The notes beneath the pieces are model-generated. The model was not told the DNA's origin, made no database searches, and saw only the letters and a program-made list of their open reading frames with translations. The position numbers were made by a program, and so were the translations under genes. DNA of 63,725 nt, counting the filler, from Octopus bimaculoides (lineage: Eukaryota), in the NCBI RefSeq assembly GCF_001194135.2. It is 6 parts of 6 records of this genome, joined end to end, with 100 filler letters (N's around TTAATTAATTAA, not from the genome) between each part and the next. Parts side by side here need not be neighbours in the genome. Positions count along the whole stretch, not along the records: positions 61,119 to 63,725 come from NC_069010.1; 5 more parts are not named here. One strand, 5' to 3'. This document shows positions 63,366 through 63,725 of the stretch, piece by piece (within the stretch, counting starts at the first letter, position 1; each line of letters starts with the position of its first letter).

Positions 63366-63725
63366 GAGGGTGGGGCATAAATACTGTTACAAAATAAAAC
63401 AGATTTATCCCGACAAAAATTTATTTAACAACCCACTATTACAAAATATGCCTTGCAAATGCCCAAGGAACAATATGGTGTAACTTTTATTCAAAATGCT
63501 TACCTCGTGCCCTCACAACACTACGAAGTCTTTTTGGGAAGTCATCTATAGCAGCAAGCACAACATCTAAGGGTATTTTAACCCAGCACTTGGTCAATTT
63601 TTTCTTTAGAGCTCCAATATTTTGGCAAGGAGTAGAGCAGGCTTCATTCTCCAGAATTGACCACAAAGAATAATCAAGGATTCGGTCATTTTGAGGTTTT
63701 TACCTAACTTGAATATTTCAGGCGG
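63366..63725 (-). mobile_element. maT/DD37D-like transposon, 3' end with TIR
   Basis: PNPLDYSLWSILE-like segment, ENEACSTPCQNIGALKKKLTKCWVKIP...IDDFP and RLRSVVRARGKHFE*. TIR GAGGGTGGGGCATAAATACTG next to TA. Confidence 0.85.

Overview
AT-rich animal genomic DNA saturated with microsatellites and transposon remnants. About 9.9 kb (~15%) is N, in ~33 gaps. The repeat families and microsatellite density point to an octopus (inference). Five identical artificial spacers (44 N + TTAATTAATTAA + 44 N) join separate scaffolds, so adjacency across them is unproven. No intact protein-coding gene can be supported, and almost all ORF-track entries are microsatellite or N artefacts. Recognisable content: decayed mariner, Tc1-like and maT/DD37D-like transposase remnants; RTE, CR1-like and R4/Dong-like LINE fragments; at least four SINE families; several palindromic or foldback MITE-like elements; three Penelope-like element (PLE) coding remnants; and a few weak minus-strand exon candidates, one MORN-like. 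The most interesting signal is about nine hammerhead-ribozyme-like motifs of the minimal PLE-associated type. One has an intact core and three stems (5228-5273). One lies just upstream of a PLE ORF (63285-63322). Others carry non-canonical cores, either a family-wide U at position 6 or a compensatory U3-A8 pair. All calls were made by eye, without searches or folding software.
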